This document shows, in pieces, positions 24,616 to 32,000 of a DNA stretch of 32,000 nt. Source of the stretch: Planctomycetales bacterium (GTDB taxonomy: Bacteria > 4484-113 > JAFGCY01); assembly GCA_022646745.1 (NCBI GenBank), contig CP060262.1:4020001-4052000 (forward strand), read 5' to 3'. The translations under genes were made by a program, and so were the position numbers. The notes beneath the pieces are model-generated. The model was not told where the DNA came from. It did no database searches and worked only from the letters and a program-made list of their open reading frames with translations. The first letter of the stretch is position 1. Each line of letters begins with the position of its first letter.

Positions 24616-27600
24616 ATGCCCTACCGCATCACAATCATCCTGGCCCTCCTCCTGTTCATACCGCTGCATGCCGCGCAGGCATTCAGTCGTGAACATGCAC
24701 TGCTGGTGAATGAAGGCTGGCAGCTGGCCCTGACTGACCCGCTGACCGACATCGTGCGCGAGCGGCAGGCGCGGCCGGACTGGCCCTACCTGAGCCCGGA
24801 GATCCATGACCTCGTCAGCCCGGATGACAACCGCAAGGCGCCAGACACTGGCTGGTTGCCGGCTGAGACAGGCCGGGCCTGGGAACACTACGGCGGTCCC
24901 GGCTACAACGGGGCGGGCTGGTACCTGAACGTGATCGACATCCCGCAGGACTACTACGGCAGCGGGATGGGCAGGCTCTGGCTGGAGTTTGATGCGGTAT
25001 CAACGGCGGCAGCAGTCTGGTGCAACGGACACTACCTCGGCGGACATGTGGGCGATTACGCCCGCTGGCGCGTTGAGCTGACTGAATACCTCACCGAGGA
25101 CCCGAGCTTCGAAATCCTCGTCTATGTCGACGAGCTGCCATTCCACACCACCCAGGGCTTCCTTTCAATGATCGCCCCGCACCATGGCGGGATCTGGCAG
25201 GACGTGTGGATGTATGTCACCGGACCGGCCGGAGCCGTCACCGACAGCCTGCATATCCAGCCCGACCCTGTGGACGGCAATGTCCATCTCAGCTTTGACC
25301 TTGATACGCAGGTACCAATGGACCAGCTGGCAGTGCAGGTATTCATGGCCCCGCTGGCTGAAGGTACGGACATATTCGAGCATGAGGTGCAGGTGCTCGA
25401 CCTTGAGATTGCGGAAGGCACTGCCCTGTTCCACGTCCAGCTGGATGAAGAGCCTCTGCTGTGGTCACCTGACAACCCGCAGATGTACGGCATCTACATT
25501 GCCCTGCGGGACAGGGAGGCAGTCGGCGAGCAGTACTTCTACCACGACGCATTCGGCAGCACCTTCGCCTTCCGCACGATCGAGATGGAAGGCCACCAGG
25601 TGCTGCTCAATGGCGAGCCGATCCATGTGCGCTCAGGACTGCAGTGGGGCTACTATCCCGGCCTGTTCGGTCCGGTACCGCAGCCCGGTGAACTGCGCAA
25701 TGAGTTCGCTTACCTGAAAAGCCTCGGCTTCAATGCCGAGACGGTCTGCCTGGTCAACATGCCGGACTACTACTACGACATCGCCGACGAGATGGGCATC
25801 CTCATCTGGCAGGAGTACCCGAGCTGGCATGTGAAGTTCCAGCCCGGCGAGGAGCGCACCCTGCAGCGCCAGTATTCCGCCTTCCTGCGGCGCGACCGCC
25901 ACCACCCGAGCATTATCATGCGCAGCCTGTCCGTCGAGGCCGGCGTGGAGGACTGGGATGTGATGTCACGCCTGTATGACACGGTAAAGTCGATGTGCGA
26001 CACGCCCGTGCAGGACAACAACTCATGGTTCAGCCACAGCCGGCCGGAGTACACCGACTGGTACGGCGAGGACAACTACTTCAACAACTACCAGTGGGAA
26101 CGCCACCTGGTGGAGCGCTTGCCGAAGCAACTGCTGGACTACCCGGACAAGCCCTACATCATTGGCGAGAGCCTGCTGTGCAATACCTGGGTCGACGCAG
26201 ACAAACTGCTTGCGGACCTGGAGCAGCCGCTCAGCAGCGATTACACCAACCGTGACTACACGCCCGGCGACTACCTTGGCAATGACAACGGATCGCAGTG
26301 GCCCTGGTGGTTCCCGAGCTGCTTCGACAGCGTGCTGGCAATCAATGAGGAACTGCGCGATTTCTACGGCGGACGCCTGCCTGAGGGCGAGGACATCGTC
26401 AATGACTACCTGCTGCCGCAAAGCACGCGCGCCACGCTGAACCTGCGCGAGTTCCAGATCCGCATGCTGTTCGCCTCGCCGCGTTACGCGGGTTACACCG
26501 TGAACGTGGTGCGCGACATGCCGCTGATCCGCGCCGGGCTGATTGACGACCTCGGTTACCCGCGCTGGTTTGGCGATGACTGGGACTGGCACGGTGAGGA
26601 CACCGAGCCGGCGATCAGGCTGGATCTCGATGGCAACATAGTCAGCGGCAGTTCTGACGACCTGCTGCTGCATCCGGCGGACGGCAGCGAAATCCGCACC
26701 GAACCCTTCCTTGTGATGGAGGAGGGATACATTAACCTGCACGAGCTGCTCGGCAAGCTGCCGGATGCAAGTTTCGCCACTCAGGCCGAGATCCTGGAAA
26801 TGGACCCGGCCACTGCCCCGCCGGTTGTCAGTTCGGTGCTGACACACGACCTCGTGGACTTCATGCAGGCCGGCGGGCGGGTGTACCTCATCACCAGCAA
26901 GATGCCGGGTGCACTCGGTGCGATGCCGCACTTCTTCTGGCGTGATGCCCTGTTCGTGCCACCGGTCGGGCCGTTTGGCAACCCGGTGGAGATGCAGGCC
27001 ACCGTCAACCAGGTCGTGGACTGGCAGGGCTATGACCTCAACCGCACATCCGGCAATGTGATCCCGGTGGACACTCTTGGCGTCCGCAATGCGGTGGACC
27101 CGCTGATCCGCCTGTTCGACACGCATGACCTGAGCGAAGTGCAGGTCTTCGACCAGCTCTGGGGCACGCACATCGGCGATGGCACACTGGTTGCCAGCTC
27201 GATTGACATGTCAACGCATGCCAGCCACTGGATCCTCGCGCGCATCGTCTCCTACCTTGAACTGCAGCGCAGGATGGACCAGCTGCTGGATGACAAGCCC
27301 TCCGTGTTGCTCTATCCCGAGATGGACTGGCCGCATGCCGAGCTCAGCCTGGAGCAGGCCCACGGGCTGGCCGTGGCCCGGGCCAACGGCATCATCGACA
27401 TCACCCCGGGCTGGCACTTCAGCCTGGATGAGGATGGCCAGGGTGAGTCGCTCGGCTGGCAGCACGCCGGATTTGACGACAGCGGCTGGGACATGATCGA
27501 TGCCGGCAAGGGCTGGGAGAGCGCCGGCTATTCCTACAACGGCATGGCCTGGTACCGGCGCACGCTAGAAATCCCCGCCGACTGGCAGGGTGGCAGGGTG

Positions 27601-27831
27601 CGCCTGGTCGCGGAGGGCATTGACGATGCCTATACCGTGTTCGTGAACGGCAAGCCCGTCGCTACCCATGGCTCATACACCGACCACGAACTGACCGTCT
27701 GGCTGCAGCAGACGGTCTCCGACCTGACGGATGCGCTGGAGTACGGGAAGGAGAACACCATCGCCATCCAGGTGATGGACATCACCGGCCAGGGCGGGAT
27801 CTGGCGCCCGATCTACCTCGCCGTGGAGTGA
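24616..27831 (+). CDS. Glycoside hydrolase family 2-like enzyme with jelly-roll sugar-binding domains at both termini
   Basis: Signal peptide MPYRITIILALLLFIPLHAAQA. N-terminal GAGWYLNVIDIP...LWLEFDAVSTAAAVWCNGHYLGGHVGDY. TIM barrel SLGFNAETVCLVNMPDYYYDIADEMGILIWQEYP with candidate catalytic E in SVEAG and IIGES. C-terminal NGMAWYRRTLEIPADWQGGRVRLVAEGIDDAYTVFVNGKPV. I prefer ATG 24616 over 24550. Confidence 0.8.
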   Translation: MPYRITIILALLLFIPLHAAQAFSREHALLVNEGWQLALTDPLTDIVRERQARPDWPYLSPEIHDLVSPDDNRKAPDTGWLPAETGRAWEHYGGPGYNGAGWYLNVIDIPQDYYGSGMGRLWLEFDAVSTAAAVWCNGHYLGGHVGDYARWRVELTEYLTEDPSFEILVYVDELPFHTTQGFLSMIAPHHGGIWQDVWMYVTGPAGAVTDSLHIQPDPVDGNVHLSFDLDTQVPMDQLAVQVFMAPLAEGTDIFEHEVQVLDLEIAEGTALFHVQLDEEPLLWSPDNPQMYGIYIALRDREAVGEQYFYHDAFGSTFAFRTIEMEGHQVLLNGEPIHVRSGLQWGYYPGLFGPVPQPGELRNEFAYLKSLGFNAETVCLVNMPDYYYDIADEMGILIWQEYPSWHVKFQPGEERTLQRQYSAFLRRDRHHPSIIMRSLSVEAGVEDWDVMSRLYDTVKSMCDTPVQDNNSWFSHSRPEYTDWYGEDNYFNNYQWERHLVERLPKQLLDYPDKPYIIGESLLCNTWVDADKLLADLEQPLSSDYTNRDYTPGDYLGNDNGSQWPWWFPSCFDSVLAINEELRDFYGGRLPEGEDIVNDYLLPQSTRATLNLREFQIRMLFASPRYAGYTVNVVRDMPLIRAGLIDDLGYPRWFGDDWDWHGEDTEPAIRLDLDGNIVSGSSDDLLLHPADGSEIRTEPFLVMEEGYINLHELLGKLPDASFATQAEILEMDPATAPPVVSSVLTHDLVDFMQAGGRVYLITSKMPGALGAMPHFFWRDALFVPPVGPFGNPVEMQATVNQVVDWQGYDLNRTSGNVIPVDTLGVRNAVDPLIRLFDTHDLSEVQVFDQLWGTHIGDGTLVASSIDMSTHASHWILARIVSYLELQRRMDQLLDDKPSVLLYPEMDWPHAELSLEQAHGLAVARANGIIDITPGWHFSLDEDGQGESLGWQHAGFDDSGWDMIDAGKGWESAGYSYNGMAWYRRTLEIPADWQGGRVRLVAEGIDDAYTVFVNGKPVATHGSYTDHELTVWLQQTVSDLTDALEYGKENTIAIQVMDITGQGGIWRPIYLAVE

Positions 27832-27900
27832 GCCGCGGACACTCAAGCATAGTTTGTCCGCAAACTAACCGCGCCTTCACCCGGGACCCGGCTGGCTGCA

Positions 27901-27906
27901 TATAAT
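27901..27906 (+). promoter_or_regulatory. Consensus TATAAT -10 box upstream of the MCP gene
   Basis: Perfect TATAAT ~120 nt upstream of ATG 28029, with a weak -35 (TTCACC at 19-nt spacing). The 12-nt perfect palindrome GCGATGCATCGC at 27931-27942 lies in the putative leader. Confidence 0.35.
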
Positions 27907-28028
27907 TCCAGCGGGTTGGTCAATGAGCTTGCGATGCATCGCATGCCTGTATGCGTCCGGATTCGCAGCCGGTCACAGCTGGCAGTGGTGCAATGATACG
28001 CATTACTGTTCCCTACAGAGGTGACAAG

Positions 28029-29756
28029 ATGAGTTTCGTTCGCAATCTCAGTATCCGCCTGCGCCTCGCGCTGGCCTTCCTGCTGATGGTGGCCCTGCTG
28101 ATCGCCAATGGCCTGAGCGGCCTGCTCAGCGCCCGCCAGGTCCACTCCGAGATCGAGAGGATCCACACCACTTACCTCCCTGCACTGGACTACCTGCTGG
28201 AAGCCGACCGTGACCTGCAGCAGTTGCTCGTGTCAGAGCGGACACTGCTGGAGGCTGAACCCGGCTCGGAGCAGTTCAATGCATTGCTGGCGGACTACGA
28301 GGAAAACATGCAGCAGTCCCATGAGCGCTGGCTGAAGTACATTGAACTGGCGGAATCCAGCGAGGAGCACGACCAGTTCCCCTTGTATGACAGCAGTCGC
28401 GAAGCCTGGCTGGGACTGACAACCCAGGTGGTGGAAGGTGCTGCCAGCACTGACCCGGCGGTCAGGGATGCGGCACGTGAACTGTCACGCGGCGGGAGTG
28501 CGGCAGCATTTGAGACGATGCGCGACGTGCTGGACCGCTGCACCGAACTCAACATCGAGCGGGCGGACCATGCCCGCGATGAATCAGCGGCACTGGTGAA
28601 GGCGTCGGAGCATCGCATCATGGGCATCTCCCTGGCCAGCATCCTGCTCAGCATCGTGCTGGCCGTTGCCTTGACAAGGCGCATCACGATCCCGCTCAGT
28701 GAGCTGGTCGGGGCAGCGCGTGCGATGGCAGCGGGAGACTTCAGCATCCAGCTTACCGGCCAGTCCAGCGGCGATGAGATCGGCAACATGCGCACTAGCT
28801 TCATAGAGATGAAGGACAACACCCGGGAGCTGATCTCCCAGCTGGCGCATGAGGCGCAGAGCATTGCTGCTTCCAGCGAGGAGCTGGCGGCGGCGGCGGA
28901 TGAGAACAACCGCGGGGTGCAGCAGGTGGCGGAGCTCGTCAGTTCAATCGCTGAGGGTGCCCGCCAGAGCGTTGACAACATGCAGCTCGCCGAGGAGAAC
29001 CTCAGCCAGACCACTGTGGCGCTGTCCGGTGTCAGCCAGGATGTGCAGGATGTTGCCAGCTTCGCGACGCAAACCGCCGCCCAGGGTGAGGCCGGCCGTG
29101 ATGCCGCCGGACGTGCCGTGCAGATCATCAACCAGGCTGCTGACAGCGTTAAGCAGACCACCGGCGTGGTGGAGAAGCTCGGCGAGCGCACGGCGAAGAT
29201 CTCAGAATTCATCAGCATCATCACGAGCATTGCCGACCAGACCAACCTGCTGGCCCTGAATGCTGCGATCGAGGCCGCCCGCGCCGGTGAGGCTGGCCGC
29301 GGCTTTGCGGTGGTTGCCGAGGAGGTGCGCAAGCTGGCCGAGGAAAGCAACTCCGCCGCCGGCAGCATCACGGAGCTCGTGCGCAGCATCAACTCCGAGA
29401 TGGATGTCGCGCTCAAGGCAATGGCCCAGAGTGACCAGGAGGTAACGGAGGGTGCCAGCACCGTCAGCGAGGCCGGCGAGATGTTCTCCGAGATCGTGCG
29501 CGGGGTGCAGGCCCTCAATGAGAAGGTGCAGTCCATCAGTGCCACCACACAGCAGCTCAATGCATCCAGCAATGAGGTGACGAGCAGCGTCGGGATCGTC
29601 GGCCAGGCCGCGATTGCCACGGCGGAACAGGCCGGCAGTGCTGCAGCCAGCACCGAACAGCAGCGCAGCAGCATGGAGGAAATCGGCACGAGCACGAGCA
29701 TGCTGGCCCGTTCTGCGGAACAGCTCAGTGACCTGGTGCACCGCTTCAAGGTATAG
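28029..29756 (+). CDS. Methyl-accepting chemotaxis protein (4-helix-bundle sensor, HAMP, MA signalling domain)
   Basis: [28 protein letters not shown] (4HB_MCP N-terminus), a second TM, HAMP ([20 protein letters not shown]), and the conserved hairpin tip [39 protein letters not shown] prefer ATG 28029 over 27951. Confidence 0.92.
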   Translation: MSFVRNLSIRLRLALAFLLMVALLIANGLSGLLSARQVHSEIERIHTTYLPALDYLLEADRDLQQLLVSERTLLEAEPGSEQFNALLADYEENMQQSHERWLKYIELAESSEEHDQFPLYDSSREAWLGLTTQVVEGAASTDPAVRDAARELSRGGSAAAFETMRDVLDRCTELNIERADHARDESAALVKASEHRIMGISLASILLSIVLAVALTRRITIPLSELVGAARAMAAGDFSIQLTGQSSGDEIGNMRTSFIEMKDNTRELISQLAHEAQSIAASSEELAAAADENNRGVQQVAELVSSIAEGARQSVDNMQLAEENLSQTTVALSGVSQDVQDVASFATQTAAQGEAGRDAAGRAVQIINQAADSVKQTTGVVEKLGERTAKISEFISIITSIADQTNLLALNAAIEAARAGEAGRGFAVVAEEVRKLAEESNSAAGSITELVRSINSEMDVALKAMAQSDQEVTEGASTVSEAGEMFSEIVRGVQALNEKVQSISATTQQLNASSNEVTSSVGIVGQAAIATAEQAGSAAASTEQQRSSMEEIGTSTSMLARSAEQLSDLVHRFKV

Positions 29757-29763
29757 CGATAAG

Positions 29764-29825
29764 GCGTAGCCGTCGCTGCTAAACTTGAGGCCTATGCCCG
29801 ACAAGCGCAGCAGGGACGGCTACGC
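29764..29825 (+). promoter_or_regulatory. Long imperfect inverted repeat (16 bp, one G-G mismatch) bracketing the RBS and start codon of the GH63-like gene
   Basis: GCGTAGCCGTCgCTGCT (29764-29780) pairs with AGCAGgGACGGCTACGC (29809-29825). The 28-nt loop AAACTTGAGGCCTATGCCCGACAAGCGC contains GAGG and ATG 29794. It begins 8 nt after the MCP stop. Confidence 0.6.
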
Positions 29826-32000
29826 ACTGTGCCGTCAGCAGTACAAGACCACCATCACCTTCCCCGGTGGGATCAGCCTCGGCTGGGGCAGCGGCCCGGG
29901 CCTGCGCCAGGCGATGTTCTGGAACCGCATCGGCTCGCTGTTCTCCTGCTACCGGCCGGCGGTGGCCGTGCTGGAACTGTTCGATGCCGACGACCCGCAG
30001 CGTCCGCTGGCCTTGCGCGAAACCACCTCCCGCTGGGCCCCCGGACGCGCCAGCGCTGGATATGAAGCTGGCAGCATCCTGGTCAGTGAGCAGCGCTATG
30101 CCGAGTGCAGTGGCCTGAACAGCCGGATGCGCATCAGCAACAGTGGCACCGAGGACCGCGAGCTGCTGGCCTGCTTTTATGGCAGCGTCGAGCAGTGGCC
30201 CTTCTTCGACTACTGGAAGGAACTGGAGAAACCGAAGGTGGAGGTGGCGATCGACCGCCCGCTCTCGCTGGCAACGATCACCCAGCCCCACAGCTTCGAA
30301 GGCGTCGGCACCATCAACTCCATCCAGCGCATCTGGCTGGAACTGCCGGAAGGTGCGCTTGCGGCGGGAGCCGGCTTTGGCAACAGCGAACAGGACATCC
30401 GCGCCCAGTGGCGGGAGCATGGACCGGCCTCTGACATCCGCATGCGGCTCGGACAGACCGGCGAGCGCTATCCCGTCGGAGCCGACCCGATCACATTCAG
30501 CTCCCCAGCCCCGCATTACTACATGACGGTGCGCCTGGCGATAGCCGCCAGGGACTCACTGGAGCTGACCCTGCGCACTGACTACCACACTGACGACGAG
30601 GATGGCGACCTGCGCAGCGGGCATGCCCGCACCTCTGACAGCACGCCCCCGACGGACGAACTGGCCCGGCAGAAGCGCAGCTGGAAGCGCTACCTGCGGC
30701 ATGAGGTGCCGCAGATCGAATGCAGCGACAGCGAGCTTGAGCGCTACTGGTACTACGTCTGGTACGTGCTGCGTGCCAACCGCACCAGTGGCGGCCGCCT
30801 GCTACCGGTGGAGTACAGCGCGCCGAGCAAGTACATGTACTGGGGCAGCTGGATCTGGGACAGCTACTTCCATGTGCTGGGTGAGATGTGGCTGCAGGAC
30901 AGCGAGGTGGCGCGCGACAGCCTGCGCAGCGTGCTGGCAATGCAGTACCCGAATGGCTACGTCCCGGTCTGCAGCGGCAGCAACTACCGCATGGTGTTCC
31001 ATGAGGACGTGGAAGGCTACCTTGCCCCGCAGGGCAGTGGCTATGCCTCATATGTGGAACCGCAGCTGGAGGACTACCGTGAGCTGGAGCATCCCTTCGA
31101 GGCCCAGCTGAGCTACTTCCGCCGCCAGGGCGATGGCCCGGAGCTGCCAAGGGAGAGTGGCCGCGAGCGCCAGGCCCGCCTGCTGGAACTGGAGGCCAGC
31201 CAGCTTGATGGCCTGCTCAGGCTGGGCAGCGGCTATGACGGCCTGATCATCAACCTTGGAGACGCACCGATGCTGAATTCGGCCGAGCTCGGGCGGATGG
31301 TGGCGATGATCAAGCAGGCGCTGGATGAGAAAATGCCGGTTGCCATCGCCGTGCACGGTGAGACCCTGACCCGCGTGCTGCGCACGGTCAGGCTGGACCG
31401 CTTCACGAGCATCTGCACGAGCCTCGGCGAGGCACGCCTGCTGCTCAATGCGAAACTCAGTGGCAACGGGACTGCCGAGCGGCGCAGCACCGGCCTGATG
31501 ATTGGCAACGAGAAGACCCAGACACCGCTGATCGGTGCTGCCGCACATGAGCTGATGGCGATGCGACTGCCGGGCACGGATGAGTTCATGCAGGACATCC
31601 TGCCGGGACTGAAGGCCTACGAGCAGTGGCTCTGGCAGCGCCGCAGTGACGGCGAGGGGCGCTTCGTGCTGTGGCATGGCGATGAGAGCGGCTGGGATGA
31701 CAGCGTGCGCCACTACCCGGTGCCGGCGCGGCCCTTCGACGTGCAGGTGCACTGCCTGCAACTGCGGGACTTCCTCGTCAAGGCTGCCGTGAAGTACGCA
31801 CCAGAGGATGCGTCATACATCCGCAACATCAAGGAACGCCGCGACCTGACAATGCAGTCGCTGTCGACATACTGGTGTGACAAGGACAAGTGGCATTATG
31901 ACCTGGCCGGCGACGGCAGCGAGGGGGACGAGTTCCGCCGCAGGATCGCCGCCAGTGCGATGTTCGACCTCGTGCTTTCGGAGCGGCGCGCGACACAGCA
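29794..32000 (+). CDS. GH63-like / MGH1-like (alpha/alpha)6-barrel glycoside hydrolase with a large internal insertion (3' end beyond the window)
   Basis: Own translation; the ORF is not in the track because it has no stop in the window. MPDKRSRDGYAL... N-terminal beta-domain, then ELERYWYYVWYVLRAN, KYMYWGSWIWDSYFHVLGEM, QTPLIGAAAHEL, LWHGDESGWDDSVRHYP (compare the ESG.DD motif of GH63). In-frame TAG at 29767-29769 upstream. Confidence 0.75.
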   Translation, partial: MPDKRSRDGYALCRQQYKTTITFPGGISLGWGSGPGLRQAMFWNRIGSLFSCYRPAVAVLELFDADDPQRPLALRETTSRWAPGRASAGYEAGSILVSEQRYAECSGLNSRMRISNSGTEDRELLACFYGSVEQWPFFDYWKELEKPKVEVAIDRPLSLATITQPHSFEGVGTINSIQRIWLELPEGALAAGAGFGNSEQDIRAQWREHGPASDIRMRLGQTGERYPVGADPITFSSPAPHYYMTVRLAIAARDSLELTLRTDYHTDDEDGDLRSGHARTSDSTPPTDELARQKRSWKRYLRHEVPQIECSDSELERYWYYVWYVLRANRTSGGRLLPVEYSAPSKYMYWGSWIWDSYFHVLGEMWLQDSEVARDSLRSVLAMQYPNGYVPVCSGSNYRMVFHEDVEGYLAPQGSGYASYVEPQLEDYRELEHPFEAQLSYFRRQGDGPELPRESGRERQARLLELEASQLDGLLRLGSGYDGLIINLGDAPMLNSAELGRMVAMIKQALDEKMPVAIAVHGETLTRVLRTVRLDRFTSICTSLGEARLLLNAKLSGNGTAERRSTGLMIGNEKTQTPLIGAAAHELMAMRLPGTDEFMQDILPGLKAYEQWLWQRRSDGEGRFVLWHGDESGWDDSVRHYPVPARPFDVQVHCLQLRDFLVKAAVKYAPEDASYIRNIKERRDLTMQSLSTYWCDKDKWHYDLAGDGSEGDEFRRRIAASAMFDLVLSERRATQ

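Noticed and set aside
1-32000. Mobile elements, CRISPR arrays, tRNA/rRNA genes, and toxin-antitoxin or defence islands
   Set aside because: I found no repeat-spacer periodicity, no transposase, integrase or recombinase motifs, no tRNA-like T-loop (GGTTCGAATCC-type) in intergenic DNA, and no nuclease, helicase or NTPase genes of defence type. This was a by-eye scan only, so short or degenerate elements could have been missed.

Overview
GC-rich (about 60% by eye, strong GC3 bias), densely coding chromosomal segment from a diderm bacterium (it has LptF/LptG permeases). A short YidC with a poly-basic tail, HGbI-like globins and GH-rich content hint at a PVC-type lineage, with low confidence. Most of the window is conserved housekeeping and envelope-biogenesis operons. 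Left to right: a 5' fragment of a methylmalonyl-CoA mutase family gene (-), two tandem single-domain globins plus an orphan ORF (+), and rimP-nusA-ylxR-infB (-). Next come two LptF/LptG-family permeases (+), a secreted M48 metalloprotease (-), a 29-codon hydrophobic sORF (+) and PspA/IM30 (-). These are followed by rpmH-rnpA-yidD-yidC-jag with a small PspC-domain cistron (+), then thioredoxin with a phosphohexomutase (-). A polyprenol/dolichol-kinase-like membrane protein (-) lies divergent from a PseG/SpsG-like glycosyltransferase-fold protein and an ABC-2 exporter pair (+). The right end holds an SLT lytic transglycosylase (+), a Gln-rich membrane-anchored coiled-coil protein split by one in-frame TGA (-), a GH2-like hydrolase, a 4HB-type MCP, and a GH63-like hydrolase running off the right edge (+). 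I found no rRNA, tRNA, CRISPR array, transposase, integrase or recognisable defence or toxin gene. I cannot point to a convincing novel multi-gene system, and the window looks largely ordinary. The best second-look items are: (1) a STAS-like segment inserted inside the catalytic barrel of the GH63-like enzyme, together with a 16-bp stem bracketing its RBS and start; (2) the same-frame TGA-split Gln-rich protein; (3) PspA and PspC bracketing or joining the YidC insertase operon; (4) the duplicated globin module with a shared upstream 9-mer; and (5) terminator-like leader structures upstream of rimP and the SLT gene. All family calls come from motif recognition by eye, and no database search was run.
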